A DNA stretch of 64,000 nucleotides, taken from assembly GCF_001194135.2 (NCBI RefSeq), contig NC_069001.1, positions 6,003,586-6,067,585 of the forward strand, written 5' to 3'. Source of the stretch: Octopus bimaculoides. Its lineage: Eukaryota. The translations under genes and the position numbers were made by a program. Below the pieces are notes generated by a model, which did not search any database, was not told the DNA's origin, and saw nothing but the letters and a program-made list of their open reading frames with translations. Below are positions 35,039 through 49,490 of this stretch, piece after piece. Within the stretch, counting starts at the first letter, position 1. Each line of letters starts with the position of its first letter.

Positions 35039-37724
35039 NNNNNNNNNNNNNNNNNNNNNNNNNNNNNNNNNNNNNNNNNNNNNNNNNNNNNNNNNNNNNN
35101 NNNNNNNNNNNNNNNNNNNNNNNNNNNNNNNNNNNNNNNNNNNNNNNNNNNNNNNNNNNNNNNNNNNNNNNNNNNNNNNNNNNNNNNNNNNNNNNNNNNN
35201 NNNNNNNNNNNNNNNNNNNNNNNNNNNNNNNNNNNNNNNNNNNNNNNNNNNNNNNNNNNNNNNNNNNNNNNNNNNNNNNNNNNNNNNNNNNNNNNNNNNN
35301 NNNNNNNNNNNNNNNNNNNNNNNNNNNNNNNNNNNNNNNNNNNNNNNNNNNNNNNNNNNNNNNNNNNNNNNNNNNNNNNNNNNNNNNNNNNNNNNNNNNN
35401 NNNNNNNNNNNNNNNNNNNNNNNNNNNNNNNNNNNNNNNNNNNNNNNNNNNNNNNNNNNNNNNNNNNNNNNNNNNNNNNNNNNNNNNNNNNNNNNNNNNN
35501 NNNNNNNNNNNNNNNNNNNNNNNNNNNNNNNNNNNNNNNNNNNNNNNNNNNNNNNNNNNNNNNNNNNNNNNNNNTATATATATATATATATATATATATA
35601 TGCGTGTGTATGAGTCTGTGTTTGTATTGCCTGTAGTTGTCTATATATCTATATATACGTGTGCGCGTGTTTGTGTATGCATGCATGTACTTATGCATGT
35701 GCTTGTAAGCATGTGTATAAAATTACAATGACCGAGTGTTTACGATGTTGTTGTAGCTTCCTGAATTTAGATTACATATTCTAGTCAGAATATTGCAATA
35801 CCCTTCAACAAGACACTTAACTTTATCTCCATGTTGATACTTAGATGAAGTTTTGATCCTAAAAATAACCAGCTGAGTTGAAGGCTCCCAAAATGTATTG
35901 TTTCTTCAATGGATTACCCTGTGTGCTATTTACTTAATCACTTACTTCCATCATTGGGTGAACAACTATTTTTGTTCATGATCACAAATTCTAAGCAGTG
36001 ACAGAGAGGAAAATAAACCTGATGCCAGTTAAAATAACTTCGAGTAATATTTGATCCCGTAAAGGTTTTTCACTGTTGTTTGTCATGGAGACGTAATCAC
36101 ATTGAAGACAAAAAGGTGCAAAACCATTGTGATCAATTCAGTGCGTCTTCTATTGAACTGGTGTATGCATACATTTCGAAGTAGTTACCTTCTCGTCGAA
36201 TATGTAGCTTGTGTGTTTATTTGACAAAAAAATGATGATCCCGAAATACTACAATATTTCTTTCAACACACGGTTTCACATCATGAATCTTGCAACACAA
36301 GTTCATAACCGGTTTTTTTTATATACATTTCCTAAAATATTTAATTATAAAAGTATAATAGGATTTTTTAAGCATCAAGTGGCTGTGAGAAAAAGAGAAA
36401 TCAAAGGAATCTATCTATTGGTAAGGAAACCTGAATAGCAGCGTCTCCGTGGGGACATTATTAGTTCGCAAGGGGTGGCATATTGTAAGGTGGCAGTATA
36501 CAGAAATTTGGATGTTTTGAGAGGTTGTACTTTTTCTTACAGAGAAAATATCATGTACAATAATTATATTTTAAACACGCGTTCAAAAAAAGAAATCTTT
36601 TCCGGGATAAAACTACGAAAAGTGCAGTATCATCAACGAGAAGAAACATGACTGACGATGGATTAAGGCCTAACGTAATTTTGTTATATAAATTCTCACC
36701 AGTTTCTTCAATAATTTCTGTGCGGATTTAACATAGGGACGATAATTCATGCAAACATGTAAAAACGTGGCACATGTTGGATGTGCTAATATCAGAAAAT
36801 ATCGATAATAAAATCACCGCTCAAAATTAGCTTCCGTTTGGTTAAAATAATGTCTTTTTATTTTTTATGTTTTTCTTGCAAAACATTCAGTACAAGGGGA
36901 CATTGATTTAAAAAAAGGGGGGGGGGGGCAAGAACCACTGTTCTTCACTTGGAACAATCGAATACAATTCCATTATATCCCTAATGATCATGATATGAAA
37001 GCAACATGTGTTTCTCACTGCTCCCCCAACAGAATGTTAGCCATTTCAGTCTCGTCTCTTGGTATCAAACCAATAACTATAACAATGACAGAAAAAAAAA
37101 AAGAAAAAAACTCGAAGTCAACTCCTAACTCCAGAATACAAACTCTGTGTTTGTGTTGATTCTCTTTTATACATTGCTTGTGTAATTATAGTTCATGATG
37201 CCTGACTCTCTCTTGTGTCTCATTTTGATCTGTTATTACAGGAGTTGACAGGAAATGCTGCTAATCTCTCACAGCTAACACATTTCCTAACAATCATTGA
37301 AATCTAATCCTTTGATTACGATTATTTTTTTCTCTCAATAATCAAGAACATGATAACAATTAAAAAAATGTTTTACAAACGAAGCTCTTGGAATAAATTT
37401 AACCTTGACTAATAAATGTGCATTCGCAACTAATTATCTGATACTTCTTGGTCACGCATTTTGTAATGGAGAAATTTGTGATATCTAATATCATTTATTT
37501 TATATTATATTGCAAATGGTGAGAACTGGCGTTGTTGGTTACATTTTTCCAACGGTAAAGACCAGTCATTGCTTGACTGCAGTTTTGACAGCACGAATGA
37601 CGAGGGAGAATTTCTTACTCGATTCAGAACAAATATCACAAGGGGCTTTGTTCCCAAAGAACCGCCTTCCCGGGTTCATTTGCTGATGTGCATTGTTGGA
37701 AGATGCGCGCGCGCACGCAAGCAC

Positions 37725-38020
37725 ACACGTACGGGCTTCTTTCAGTTTCCGTCTACCAATTCCACTCACAAGGCTTTGTTCAGCCCGAGGTTATAATAGA
37801 AAACACTCGCCAAGGATACCGCGCAGTGGTACTGAACCCGGAACTATGTAGTTGGGAACACGGCGGATTTCTTTCAGTTTCCATTGATCAAATTCACTTA
37901 CAGGGGACTTTGGTCGGGCCGTGGCTATAGTTGAAGACACTTGCCCAAAGTGCCACGCAATGGAACTGAACCTAGGAACAAATAGTTGGGAAGCAAGCTT
38001 CTTAATCACACAGCCACGCC
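37725..38020 (-). mobile_element. Two stacked SINE family B heads
   Basis: The head motif occurs at 37730-37860 and again at 37868-38020. Confidence 0.85.
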
Positions 38021-38374
38021 TACGGAGAAAAGAAAATGGCAGATAGATGGTATATAACATTATCTAAATGTTTTTGTGATATAATTTGCAGACACATATC
38101 ATTAAATGGGACTGACGGTTTAAGTTATATATTAAGGGTTTCGTAATAAGAAATAATACTTAAAAATGAATAATTAGCATAATAATATAGCAATAAAACT
38201 ACGCTATCCAAATAATCCAGATTGTCATCTTGGAAGAAAAATAATTCAACGTATCGAATGTAAATAGCATTGAAAGAATGTTATCAGTAAATGTGACATT
38301 TGTGTAAATTGGAAAGCATTTTTTTTTAAATACGCAGACGATTAAATTCATTCATTAACTGCAGCTTTTACCCA

Positions 38375-38419
<45 letters not shown>

Positions 38420-39828
38420 CTCACTGTCTATCTATCTATCTATCTCTTTCCATTTAAATGTCTATATATGTGGAAGCAAAGAAAGAGCGAGATGGCTAGA
38501 TAGATAGATAAACTGGTAGATAAGTAAGGTAGGTAGGTAGGTAGGTAGGTAGGTAGGTAGGTAGGTAGGTAGGTAGGTAGGTAGGTGGATGGATGGGTAG
38601 ATAGGTAGGTAAGTAGGCTCATATATATATATACACACGAATCCACCTTTATATACGCAGATTATGTATAACAGCAGCTTTGTCTCAGATGCAGGACATG
38701 TACACCGTGTGTGTCTTAACTGAGCTTTGTACAACATCAGTAGTTGTCGGAAGCTGAATTATTTTCTTGTTTTGTGATGCAGTCTTTACTATGTTTGTCA
38801 TGTGTGATTTTTAACAGAGATCCCCAGTGAGACTTAGCATTTATAGTAACCTTAAGGAGTCTGTGTGTTCATCCTTTGGGTTGTTTAAATTGATAAGTCT
38901 CTATTTTTTTTCAATTTCTATATAGAGCGTTAAAGGCCTATTTTGTTCCTCTTTTCTTGCATTCAGAAAAATGAAAAGTATTTGTAGTAGGGGCTGTTAG
39001 AAGTTCCCTAAGTCATTCCTATGTTGTATTTTCAATGATGACTATTTCTATTATAAATTGAGTTTACTTGATAATTACTATCTCACAATTAATATCTGAT
39101 TAAGGAGATATAAAACTCTTTATTTTTTTTAAGTACAAGCATTAGCAACGATAGCTGACCTTTATTGTGTTCCGATTGAATAATTTATTATATATATATT
39201 TTTTTTACGTGGAAGTGTGTCAGTGTAGTTAAAATGTTGCTGAATGGTTTTTGAAAACTAGAAAGAAAGATGGGTTAAAGTATACGTGCCTTTGAAACTA
39301 ATCACTTGAACCTCGACTGTTTACAGAAGTTTCTATTTTACATAAAAATCAAAGTCAAGCAATAGTAATGATGTTCATCCATTGTATTATAATAAATATA
39401 CTCACTCTATTTGAATGTATAGAGTACTACCATTTTTATTTTCTAAAAGCACAAATTGTTATAATGTTTATGGAGAACAGATTTTCTGACAAATATATTG
39501 TATTGGGAACGACACATCAATCAACAAAAGCTATTGAAGCGTTGACTGACAGGGAAACATTAATGGACATAGGAACATGACTGTTACAAATATTAAGAAT
39601 TAACGAGGGAATATAAAAAAAAACCTTAGTACAAAAGAGAATCTTGAACACAGTCGTGTCTTTAGTAGGTGTGTATGCATATATATATATACACACACAC
39701 ACAGTCATATATATTTATAGAGAGAGAGGGGGAGGGAGAGATAGATAGATAGATAGATAGATACATACATACATACATACATATATGCATATATGTATAC
39801 GAATATACGTACATATACACGGCATATA

Positions 39829-39870
<42 letters not shown>

Positions 39871-40813
39871 NNNNNNNNNNNNNNNNNNNNNNNNNNNNNN
39901 NNNNNNNNNNNNNNNNNNNNNNNNNNNNNNNNNNNNNNNNNNNNNNNNNNNNNNNNNNNNNNNNNNNNNNNNNNNNNNNNNNNNNNNNNNNNNNNNNNNN
40001 NNNNNNNNNNNNNNNNNNNNNNNNNNNNNNNNNNNNNNNNNNNNNNNNNNNNNNNNNNNNNNNNNNNNNNNNNNNNNNNNNNNNNNNNNNNNNNNNNNNN
40101 NNNNNNNNNNNNNNNNNNNNNNNNNNNNNNNNNNNNNNNNNNNNNNNNNNNNNNNNNNNNNNNNNNNNNNNNNNNNNNNNNNNNNNNNNNNNNNNNNNNN
40201 NNNNNNNNNNNNNNNNNNNNNNNNNNNNNNNNNNNNNNNNNNNNNNNNNNNNNNNNNNNNNNNNNNNNNNNNNNNNNNNNNNNNNNNNNNNNNNNNNNNN
40301 NNNNNNNNNNNNNNNNNNNNNNNNNNNNNNNNNNNNNNNNNNNNNNNNNNNNNNNNNNNNNNNNNNNNNNNNNNNNNNNNNNNNNNNNNNNNNNNNNNNN
40401 NNNNNNNNNNNNNNNNNNNNNNNNNNNNNNNNNNNNNNNNNNNNNNNNNNNNNNNNNNNNNNNNNNNNNNNNNNNNNNNNNNNNNNNNNNNNNNNNNNNN
40501 NNNNNNNNNNNNNNNNNNNNNNNNNNNNNNNNNNNNNNNNNNNNNNNNNNNNNNNNNNNNNNNNNNNNNNNNNNNNNNNNNNNNNNNNNNNNNNNNNNNN
40601 NNNNNNNNNNNNNNNNNNNNNNNNNNNNNNNNNNNNNNNNNNNNNNNNNNNNNNNNNNNNNNNGATGATGATGATGATGATGAAGATGATGATGATGATG
40701 ATGGTGGTGATGGTGGTGGTGGTGGTGGTGGTGGTGATGGTGGTGGTGGTGCTGCTGCTGCTTCTGATGATGGTGTGATGGTGTTGGTAGTGGTGATGGT
40801 GGTGAAAGTGGTG

Positions 40814-40849
<36 letters not shown>

Positions 40850-40851
40850 GC

Positions 40852-40890
<39 letters not shown>

Positions 40891-41119
40891 AACGTGAATG
40901 TTGCAGTGGTTCATTTTCCAAGATCAATCTTCTTTACAAGAGTAGAACTTAAAAGCTAAATTTGACACACGCATATATTTTGTTTTCTATTACATAATCC
41001 TGCTAAAGTATTCACAACAACACTGGAGGGCCCTGAATACAAGGTTATGTAGATAAACAGTTCATGACAAGAGACCGTCTGAATTTCCTGGTTGGGTAAA
41101 AAGAAAATGAGTTCAAAGC

Positions 41120-41570
41120 AAATGAGCGATCTGAATTGAAGGCTCTGTAGCTAATGCGTTCACAATAATTGAGGTTCTGGTAGAGAGAATTATGTTGTTA
41201 AGGTATTCGTAGCAACAGACTGTCTAAAATAGAAGGTTGTGTACATTAAAAGTTCACCGAAATAGAGGGACCTGCATGGCGGGATCTGAATTGAGAGCTA
41301 TGTAGATGATGTGTTTTTCAATAACTGAGGTTCTGGAATAGAGAATTATGTCGCTAAAGTCCTCACAGCAACAGAATGTCTAAAATAGATTACGTATATT
41401 AAAATTTCACAGGAATAGAGGGATTTGAATTGGGGTTAACGTAGTTAATGTATTCATAATCATTGAGGATCATGAATAGAGTGTTATGTAGCTAAGATGT
41501 TCACAGAAGCAGAAGAACCTGAATTAAAAGTTATGTACATAAAGTGTTCACAGCACGAGAGGATATGGAA
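41120..41570. repeat. Diverged ~140-155 bp tandem repeat x~3
   Basis: gat(c/t)tgaatt at ~41129, 41284 and 41422; aataa(c/t)tgaggttctgg..agagaattatgt and agcaacaga.tgtctaaaataga each recur. Confidence 0.7.
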
Positions 41571-42954
41571 TAGAGCAGAGATTATCAGATTATCAACCAG
41601 TTTTTTCCTATGGACTCCTTTGCTCCGTATATATACATATGTATATATATATATATNNNNNNNNNNNNNNNNNNNNNNNNNNNNNNNNNNNNNNNNNNNN
41701 NNNNNNNNNNNNNNNNNNNNNNNNNNNNNNNNNNNNNNNNNNNNNNNNNNNNNNNNNNNNNNNNNNNNNNNNNNNNNNNNNNNNNNNNNNNNNNNNNNNN
41801 NNNNNNNNNNNNNNNNNNNNNNNNNNNNNNNNNNNNNNNNNNNNNNNNNNNNNNNNNNNNNNNNNNNNNNNNNNNNNNNNNNNNNNNNNNNNNNNNNNNN
41901 NNNNNNNNNNNNNNNNNNNNNNNNNNNNNNNNNNNNNNNNNNNNNNNNNNGCTTCTTTCAGTTTCCAACTACGAAATCCCGAGGCTATAGTAAAAGACAC
42001 TTGCCCAAGGTGCCGCACAGTGGTGCTGAACCCGGAACAATGTGATTGGGAATGCAAACCAAGCTGTGTGGTAACAGTTGCCAAATTTCCTTTAAATTAC
42101 AACCCACTGTCTTAAAATCGAGAAGGCGTTTTGGATAACGCAGTGCCAAATATTAATTACACCTAAAAAAAAAGATGTGGGGAAAACCGGGGATCGTTGT
42201 GATTGGAATGCCTTTGATCCATTGTTAACTGGATGAGAACTGACCTGGGGTTAAACAACAACAACAACAACAATAACAACAATAACAACAACAACAAACA
42301 ATATTCCCACGATCAAAAATAAAATGGATGTATAATTTTACCCTACATGTATTAATTAAAGATTACAAATTGTAACAAACATTATTTTAAAATACAAAAG
42401 TATTATTAAAGAGATTTCAAATACTAACAAACAACTGGACAGAAAAATCCTTTTATAATATATTCATTAAGTTTTGCTGGTGATTTTTAATTACATTGCG
42501 CTGTTAATTCATTTAATTCTCTATTAAGAAAGTCATTATTTTTACTTGCATCCTTTAACATCGATCGACTCACTACAAAAGAGCTTCTGGAATGCTGTGA
42601 CACGTGACTTCAATACATTCTAAAGGACGGTGGACAGGCAGAATCAGCGAATAAAACGGTGGTGGTGGCAGCAGCGATGGGCTGAGGAATTGGTAGAGCG
42701 GTGAATAAAATGACGGTGGTAATGTTGGTGATGGGCTATAGAATCGGTAGAGCGGCGAATGAAATAGTGGTGGTTGTGCTGGTTATGGTAGTTGTGTTGT
42801 TGTTGGTGGTGGTGGTCATGTTGGTTGTAGTGGTGGTGTTGATTGTGGTGGCTTTGTTGGTTGTGGTTGTTGTGATGGTTGTGGTGGTGGTTGTGTTGGT
42901 GGTGATGATTATGTTGTTGTTGTTGCTGGTGGTGGTGGTGGTGTTGGTGGTTTG

Positions 42955-43511
42955 TTTTTGAAAGTAGTGATTTTCTGATTGAAGCCCTCCCGTGAAATCC
43001 GGCTTTGTGCAGCTCCCGGAGAACAGTTTTGTGGAAACTGGGTTCTCGAGGTGGTCATTAAGCTCTGCAGTAATTTCGGGAGCTGTACTTTTGTGATCCT
43101 TTCTAACAATTCGCGTAAGAATCCGACAGTCCCTATCTGTAAGTTTTAGTTTTCTTCAAGAGTTTTGTTTCGACGTGGAGGTTTTTCCCTCCAATGTCAT
43201 TACTGTCATTCGAGACAGTACTACTTGATACACCAAACATTTCGGCTGTTTTCGTTACGTAAACGCCTGTCATACGAGCACCAACAATTTAACCTCTTTA
43301 AAAGTCCGATAGATCTGTCACTTTAATGAATTTTAATTACCTTTTTCTGATGATATTTGAAAAGAAACAGCAATTTCAGTAAAGAAAATTAAGCAACACT
43401 AATAATAAATTAAAAAACATCAAAAATAAACAAGCTTTTGACGGTTTTATAGATATTTCAAAATTACGATGCTATGATGCTAGGTGTTTTCATTATTTTG
43501 TCCAACCCCTG
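42955..43511 (-). mobile_element. 5' half of a Tc1-like DNA transposon (left TIR plus transposase N-terminus)
   Basis: TA|caggggttggacaaaataatgaaaacacc is the TIR. The minus strand then reads DLSDF.RG.IVGARMTGVYVTKTAEMFGVSSSTVS...RKLKLTDRDCRILTRIVRKDHKSTAPEITAELNDHLENPVSTK...RELHKAGFHGRASIRKSLL (paired-like HTH domains). It is truncated at a GGT-rich tract. Confidence 0.9.
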
Positions 43512-43604
43512 TATGTATGTATATATATATATATATATATATNNNNNNNNNNNNNNNNNNNNNNNNNNNNNNNNNNNNNNNNNNNNNNNNNNNNNNNNNN
43601 NNNN

Positions 43605-43646
<42 letters not shown>

Positions 43647-43779
43647 AGGGATGACCACTAAGTGGACATCCATTATGCTAAAAGAAGACCCCATATGGTC
43701 TGACCACTAAGAAAAGATTGTTCTCAAGAAAATTCAGCAAACGCGTGGTCATCCCACTTATATGTATGTAATATAATAT

Positions 43780-45490
43780 TTCTGTGTTTGTGTCCTACAG
43801 CTGCTTGACCATTGGTGCTGGTGTGTTTAAGTCGACATAAGGTACCATAGGCGGTTCGGCAAAAGAGACCGATAGATTAAGTATCAGGCTTTTAAAAAAA
43901 TGTTATTATGTACTGGGGTCGATTCATTCTCTCAAATATTTTTCAAGGCGGTTCCCCAGCATGGCCGCGATCTAATAACTGAGACAAGTAAAAACTAAAT
44001 ATAAAAAGATTATTAAAAAAAAAGGAGATTTCTATAAAATGTCGATCGACCAGGCTGAGATTGCCTTCTCGTTTAAACTTAGTTTCTGTTGTTTACAACG
44101 CGTTTATGGTTCTTTTTGGTCGATTGCTGATCACGTGAAGAGAAGATGGTGTTATTAGTGTCTCCGAAATAGGCGTAGTTCTAAGAATATTGGAAGGAAA
44201 TAGTTTAGTCCGAAAAATCAATATTCTGACGACACGAAACATGATCATAAAAATCTAGGCTGTATGGTAAGAAGTTTGCTTCCCAACCACATGGTTCCCG
44301 GGTTCAGTCCCACTGCGTGGTACCTTGGGTAAGTGTCTCCTGCTATAGCCTCGGGCCGACAAAAGCCTTGTGAGTGGATTTGGTAGAAGGAAACTGAAAG
44401 AAGCCTGTCGTATGTGTTTGTGTATGCGTGTGTGTGTGTGTCTGTCTGTCTTTATGTATGTGTTTGTACTCCCACTACACACTGCTTGACGACTGGTGTT
44501 GGTTTATTTACGTCCCCGTAACTTAACCGTTCGGCAAAAGATACCGATAGAATGAGTAACAGGCTTTTAAAACAAAAGTCCTGGGATCGATTCATTCGAC
44601 TAAAACCCTTCTTTAAGGCGTTGCTCCAGCATGGCCGCAGTCAAANNNNNNNNNNNNNNNNNNNNNNNNNNNNNNNNNNNNNNNNNNNNNNNNNNNNNNN
44701 NNNNNNNNNNNNNNNNNNNNNNNNNNNNNNNNNNNNNNNNNNNNNNNNNNNNNNNNNNNNNNNNNNNNNNNNNNNNNNNNNNNNNNNNNNNNNNNNNNNN
44801 NNNNNNNNNNNNNNNNNNNNNNNNNNNNNNNNNNNNNNNNNNNNNNNNNNNNNNNNNNNNNNNNNNNNNNNNNNNNNNNNNNNNNNNNNNNNNNNNNNNN
44901 NNNNNNNNNNNNNNNNNNNNNNNNNNNNNNNNNNNNNNNNNNNNNNNNNNNNNNNNNNNNNNNNNNNNNNNNNNNNNNNNNNNNNNNNNNNNNNNNNNNN
45001 NNNNNNNNNNNNNNNNNNNNNNNNNNNNNNNNNNNNNNNNNNNNNNNNNNNNNNNNNNNNNNNNNNNNNNNNNNNNNNNNNNNNNNNNNNNNNNNNNNNN
45101 NNNNNNNNNNNNNNNNNNNNNNNNNNNNNNNNNNNNNNNNNNNNNNNNNNNNNNNNNNNNNNNNNNNNNNNNNNNNNNNNNNNNNNNNNNNNNNNNNNNN
45201 NNNNNNNNNNNNNNNNNNNNNNNNNNNNNNNNNNNNNNNNNNNNNNNNNNNNNNNNNNNNNNNNNNNNNNNNNNNNNNNNNNNAAGCCCGTCGTATATAT
45301 GTATATATATGTATGTATGTGTGTATGTGCTTGTGCGTCTGTGTTTGTCCCCCCCCCCCAACATCGCTTGACAATCGATGCTGGTGTGTTTACGTCCCTG
45401 TAACTTAGCGGTTCGGCAAAAGAGACCGATAGAATAAGTACTAGGCTTCTAAAGAATAAGTCCTGGGGTCGAATTAAAAGAGTAAAAGAG
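43780..45490 (+). mobile_element. Cluster of SINE family B copies (43780-44000 tail; 44255-44645 near full; 45285-45490 body and tail after the gap)
   Basis: Motif matches to the family B head, body and tail. Confidence 0.82.
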
Positions 45491-45871
45491 TATATCTCCT
45501 TCAGCTTTGCCTTCTTACAATTCAGATTCCTTTCTGCTAAGAACAAAAACCAATTCTTATAACAGCGAAGTTGATATGGCTGCTACAAGAGATTAACTTC
45601 AGTTCTATCCTGAGCGAGTAGACATGTAACCAAAGATTCTCCGACCGTGACCATCCAACATGCAGGGAACTCAATCAAATTATCCGATATGTTATTTTCT
45701 GACATTCTGAGACAATGCAATGTGAATTGAGGAAGATTTTGCTTCTATTTTTAACAGACCGAGAAACCACATTGAGGTGGGGATATATAGATGACTATAT
45801 AAACCCACGACCAACACCACAGCCACCGCCAACACAATACAAGGATAAATACACAAATATGTGTGCATGTT

Positions 45872-45902
<31 letters not shown>

Positions 45903-46673
45903 GTGTGTGTGTGCATTACATTAAGATTATATGTACATGCGTATATATTCAATTCCAAACAGAAGTAGGCATACACATGCATGGGTGTGTGTGAGTGTGT
46001 ACATACATATATGTAGAGTACATGTACATGCGTATATACTCAATTCCAAACAGAGGTAGGCGTACACACGCATATGTGTGTGCATGTGTGTGTATGTGTA
46101 TGTATGTATGTATGTATGTATGTATGTATGTATGTATATGCAGGTATTCAGTGCAGTTATATACTGTTAAAGAAACAACAGCAGAAGAAAACGAAAACAA
46201 ATTATTTTGGGAATTTAAAAGGAAAGAAAGAAAGCATGAAAGGAGAGAAAGGAAGAAAGAAAGAAAGAAAAAAGAGAGAAAGAAAGGAAGAGAGAAAGGA
46301 AAAGAGAAAGGAAGAGAGAAAAAAGAAAAAGAGAAAGAAAAGAAGACTTGACAACATACAATGGAATATAGTTTTCTCTCTCAAATACTGTGAGACAACG
46401 CTTTGACATTTTCCGACATGCAATCCAGTCAGCTGCTAAAAGGGAATTACACACACACACACACGCGCGCGCACATGTTCATATAAATGCGTGCGCGCGC
46501 ACAGGAACACGCACGCACATATAAGCAAACATGTACACACCAACAAAAATACGCGCGCGCGCGAACACACACTCATACACACACACATACACACACATCG
46601 GGAGAACGAGAGAGGAGAGAGGAAAAAAAGATATAGTTAAACATTATGTATATACATATACATATATATATAT

Positions 46674-46718
<45 letters not shown>

Positions 46719-47793
46719 TATACATATATATATGTATATACATATATGNNNNNNNNNNNNNNNNNNNNNNNNNNNNNNNNNNNNNNNNNNNNNNNNNNNN
46801 NNNNNNNNNNNNNNNNNNNNNNNNNNNNNNNNNNNNNNNNNNNNNNNNNNNNNNNNNNNNNNNNNNNNNNNNNNNNNNNNNNNNNNNNNNNNNNNNNNNN
46901 NNNNNNNNNNNNNNNNNNNNNNNNNNNNNNNNNNNNNNNNNNNNNNNNNNNNNNNNNNNNNNNNNNNNNNNNNNNNNNNNNNNNNNNNNNNNNNNNNNNN
47001 NNNNNNNNNNNNNNNNNNNNNNNNNNNNNNNNNNNNNNNNNNNNNNNNNNNNNNNNNNNNNNNNNNNNNNNNNNNNNNNNNNNNNNNNNNNNNNNNNNNN
47101 NNNNNNNNNNNNNNNNNNNNNNNNNNNNNNNNNNNNNNNNNNNNNNNNNNNNNNNNNNNNNNNNNNNNNNNNNNNNNNNNNNNNNNNNNNNNNNNNNNNN
47201 NNNNNNNNNNNNNNNNNNNNNNNNNNNNNNNNNNNNNNNNNNNNNNNNNNNNNNNNNNNNNNNNNNNNNNNNNNNNNNNNNNNNNNNNNNNNNNNNNNNN
47301 NNNNNNNNNNNNNNNNNNNNNNNNNNNNNNNNNNNNNNNNNNNNNNNNNNNNNNNNNNNNNNNNNNNNNNNNNNNNNNNNNNNNNNNNNNNNNNNNNNNN
47401 NNNNNNNNNNNNNNNNNNNNNNNNNNNNNNNNNNNNNNNNNNNNNNNNNNNNNNNNNNNNNNNNNNNNNNNNNNNNNNNNNNNNNNNNNNNNNNNNNNNN
47501 NNNNNNNNNNNNNNNNNNNTATATATATATATATATATATATATACATGTGTGTGTGAGCGCATGTGTGCGTGTGCGCGCGCGTGTGTCTGTGTATGTGT
47601 GTGTCTGTGTATGTGTGTGTCTGTGTATGTGTGTGTCTGTGTGTGCATGTGGTGAAAAGAGCTTGGATACACACATCGATAGATAGGTAGACAGACAGAT
47701 AGACAGACAGACACAGACAAAGACAGACAAACAGACCGACAGACACACACACACACACACACACACACAGACGGACAGACAGACAGACAGACT

Positions 47794-47832
<39 letters not shown>

Positions 47833-47833
47833 T

Positions 47834-47878
<45 letters not shown>

Positions 47879-48267
47879 CCCTGCATATGTGCATCACAAC
47901 AAGTATGTGCAGGTGCACATAAATACAGATGCGAATCATAAAAACTGCATGTCATTATAACTGTGTGCATGTATTCTTAGATGCGTGTGTGCTGGTATGC
48001 GTGAATTTGAATGTGTGTGTGTGTGTGTGTGTGTGCGTGTGTGTGTGGTGAAGGTTTATAGCTGTTATGTTGTCTGTGATTTATATGTTTTTAAAAATTA
48101 GTTTCACGTAAAAAACTTTATGTTCACATTTTTCTACCCGTTCCTATTTTCAAGTGCTTCTGTTAACTGATGACTATACACACCTAAGCACACATGTGAA
48201 TATAATGTATGTATGTATGTATGTATAGGTGTGTATGTATGTGTGTATGTATGTATGTGTGTCTATG

Positions 48268-48308
<41 letters not shown>

Positions 48309-48378
48309 GTGTGTGTGTCTACATGCTTATGTGTGTTTCTGTGCATACATATATTTAAATACACCTACACTCATATCG

Positions 48379-48423
<45 letters not shown>

Positions 48424-48828
48424 TATGTATATATATATGTAGGTGTGTGTGTGTGTGTGTATGTGTGTGTTACATACGTGTCTGTGTTTATAAGTGTATT
48501 TTAATATGTGTGGCTTTGTTTGTCTATGCATGTGTCTATGAATTTAAATGTATGTAAATCTACAAGGTGAGTGTGTGTGTGTGTGCGTGCGTGTCTGTGT
48601 GTGTGTGTGTGTGTAAACGTTTTATATACATGTATACATCTCACACACAGATATGTGCGTGTATATATAGTAATACATTGACGTGATTGGTAAAATACAC
48701 TTGACATGTAGACACGCGCCCGCCATTGTTGGTTTCGACAGATCTTCTGTACAGTGACATCAACCTATAATAATGAACGCTGAAGAAAAGATTATTCAAC
48801 AGAATTATTCCCTCACTCACTCACTCAC

Positions 48829-48905
<77 letters not shown>

Positions 48906-49019
48906 GTTTGTCTCTTTCTCTCTCTCTCACACCTTCACCCTCTTCTGTCACTATCTTTATATCTAGTTATAAGTATGGATGTCTCTATAGCTATCTATTT
49001 CTATTTATTTATTCTGTTA

Positions 49020-49345
49020 TTCTTTTGTTTCAGTCATGCTGGAGCACCGCCTTTAGTTGAACAAATCGAAATCAGGACTAATTCTTTGTAAACCTAGTGC
49101 TTATCCTATCGGCTTCTTTTATCGAACCACAATGTTACCAGGACGTAGACATACCAACATCGGTTGTCACCTGATGGTGGTCGGCAAAAACTCAGACACA
49201 CAAATATGTATATACTGTCTACCAAGTCCACTCACAGGGCTTTTGTTGTCCCGAGGCTATAGTAGAAGACACTTGGCCAAAGTGCCGCGTATTTGAACTG
49301 AACCAGGAACCATGTGGTTGGGAAGCAAGCTTCTTATCGCACAGC
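49020..49345 (-). mobile_element. SINE family B
   Basis: Tail tgtttcagtcatgctggagcaccgccttt through head gaaccatgtggttgggaagcaagcttctt. Confidence 0.85.
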
Positions 49346-49439
49346 TGATCAATCTATTTACCTATCTCTCTTGAAAGAGATGATGACAGCTTCATACATA
49401 TATACATGCATACATACACACACACACATACACACATAT

Positions 49440-49490
<51 letters not shown>

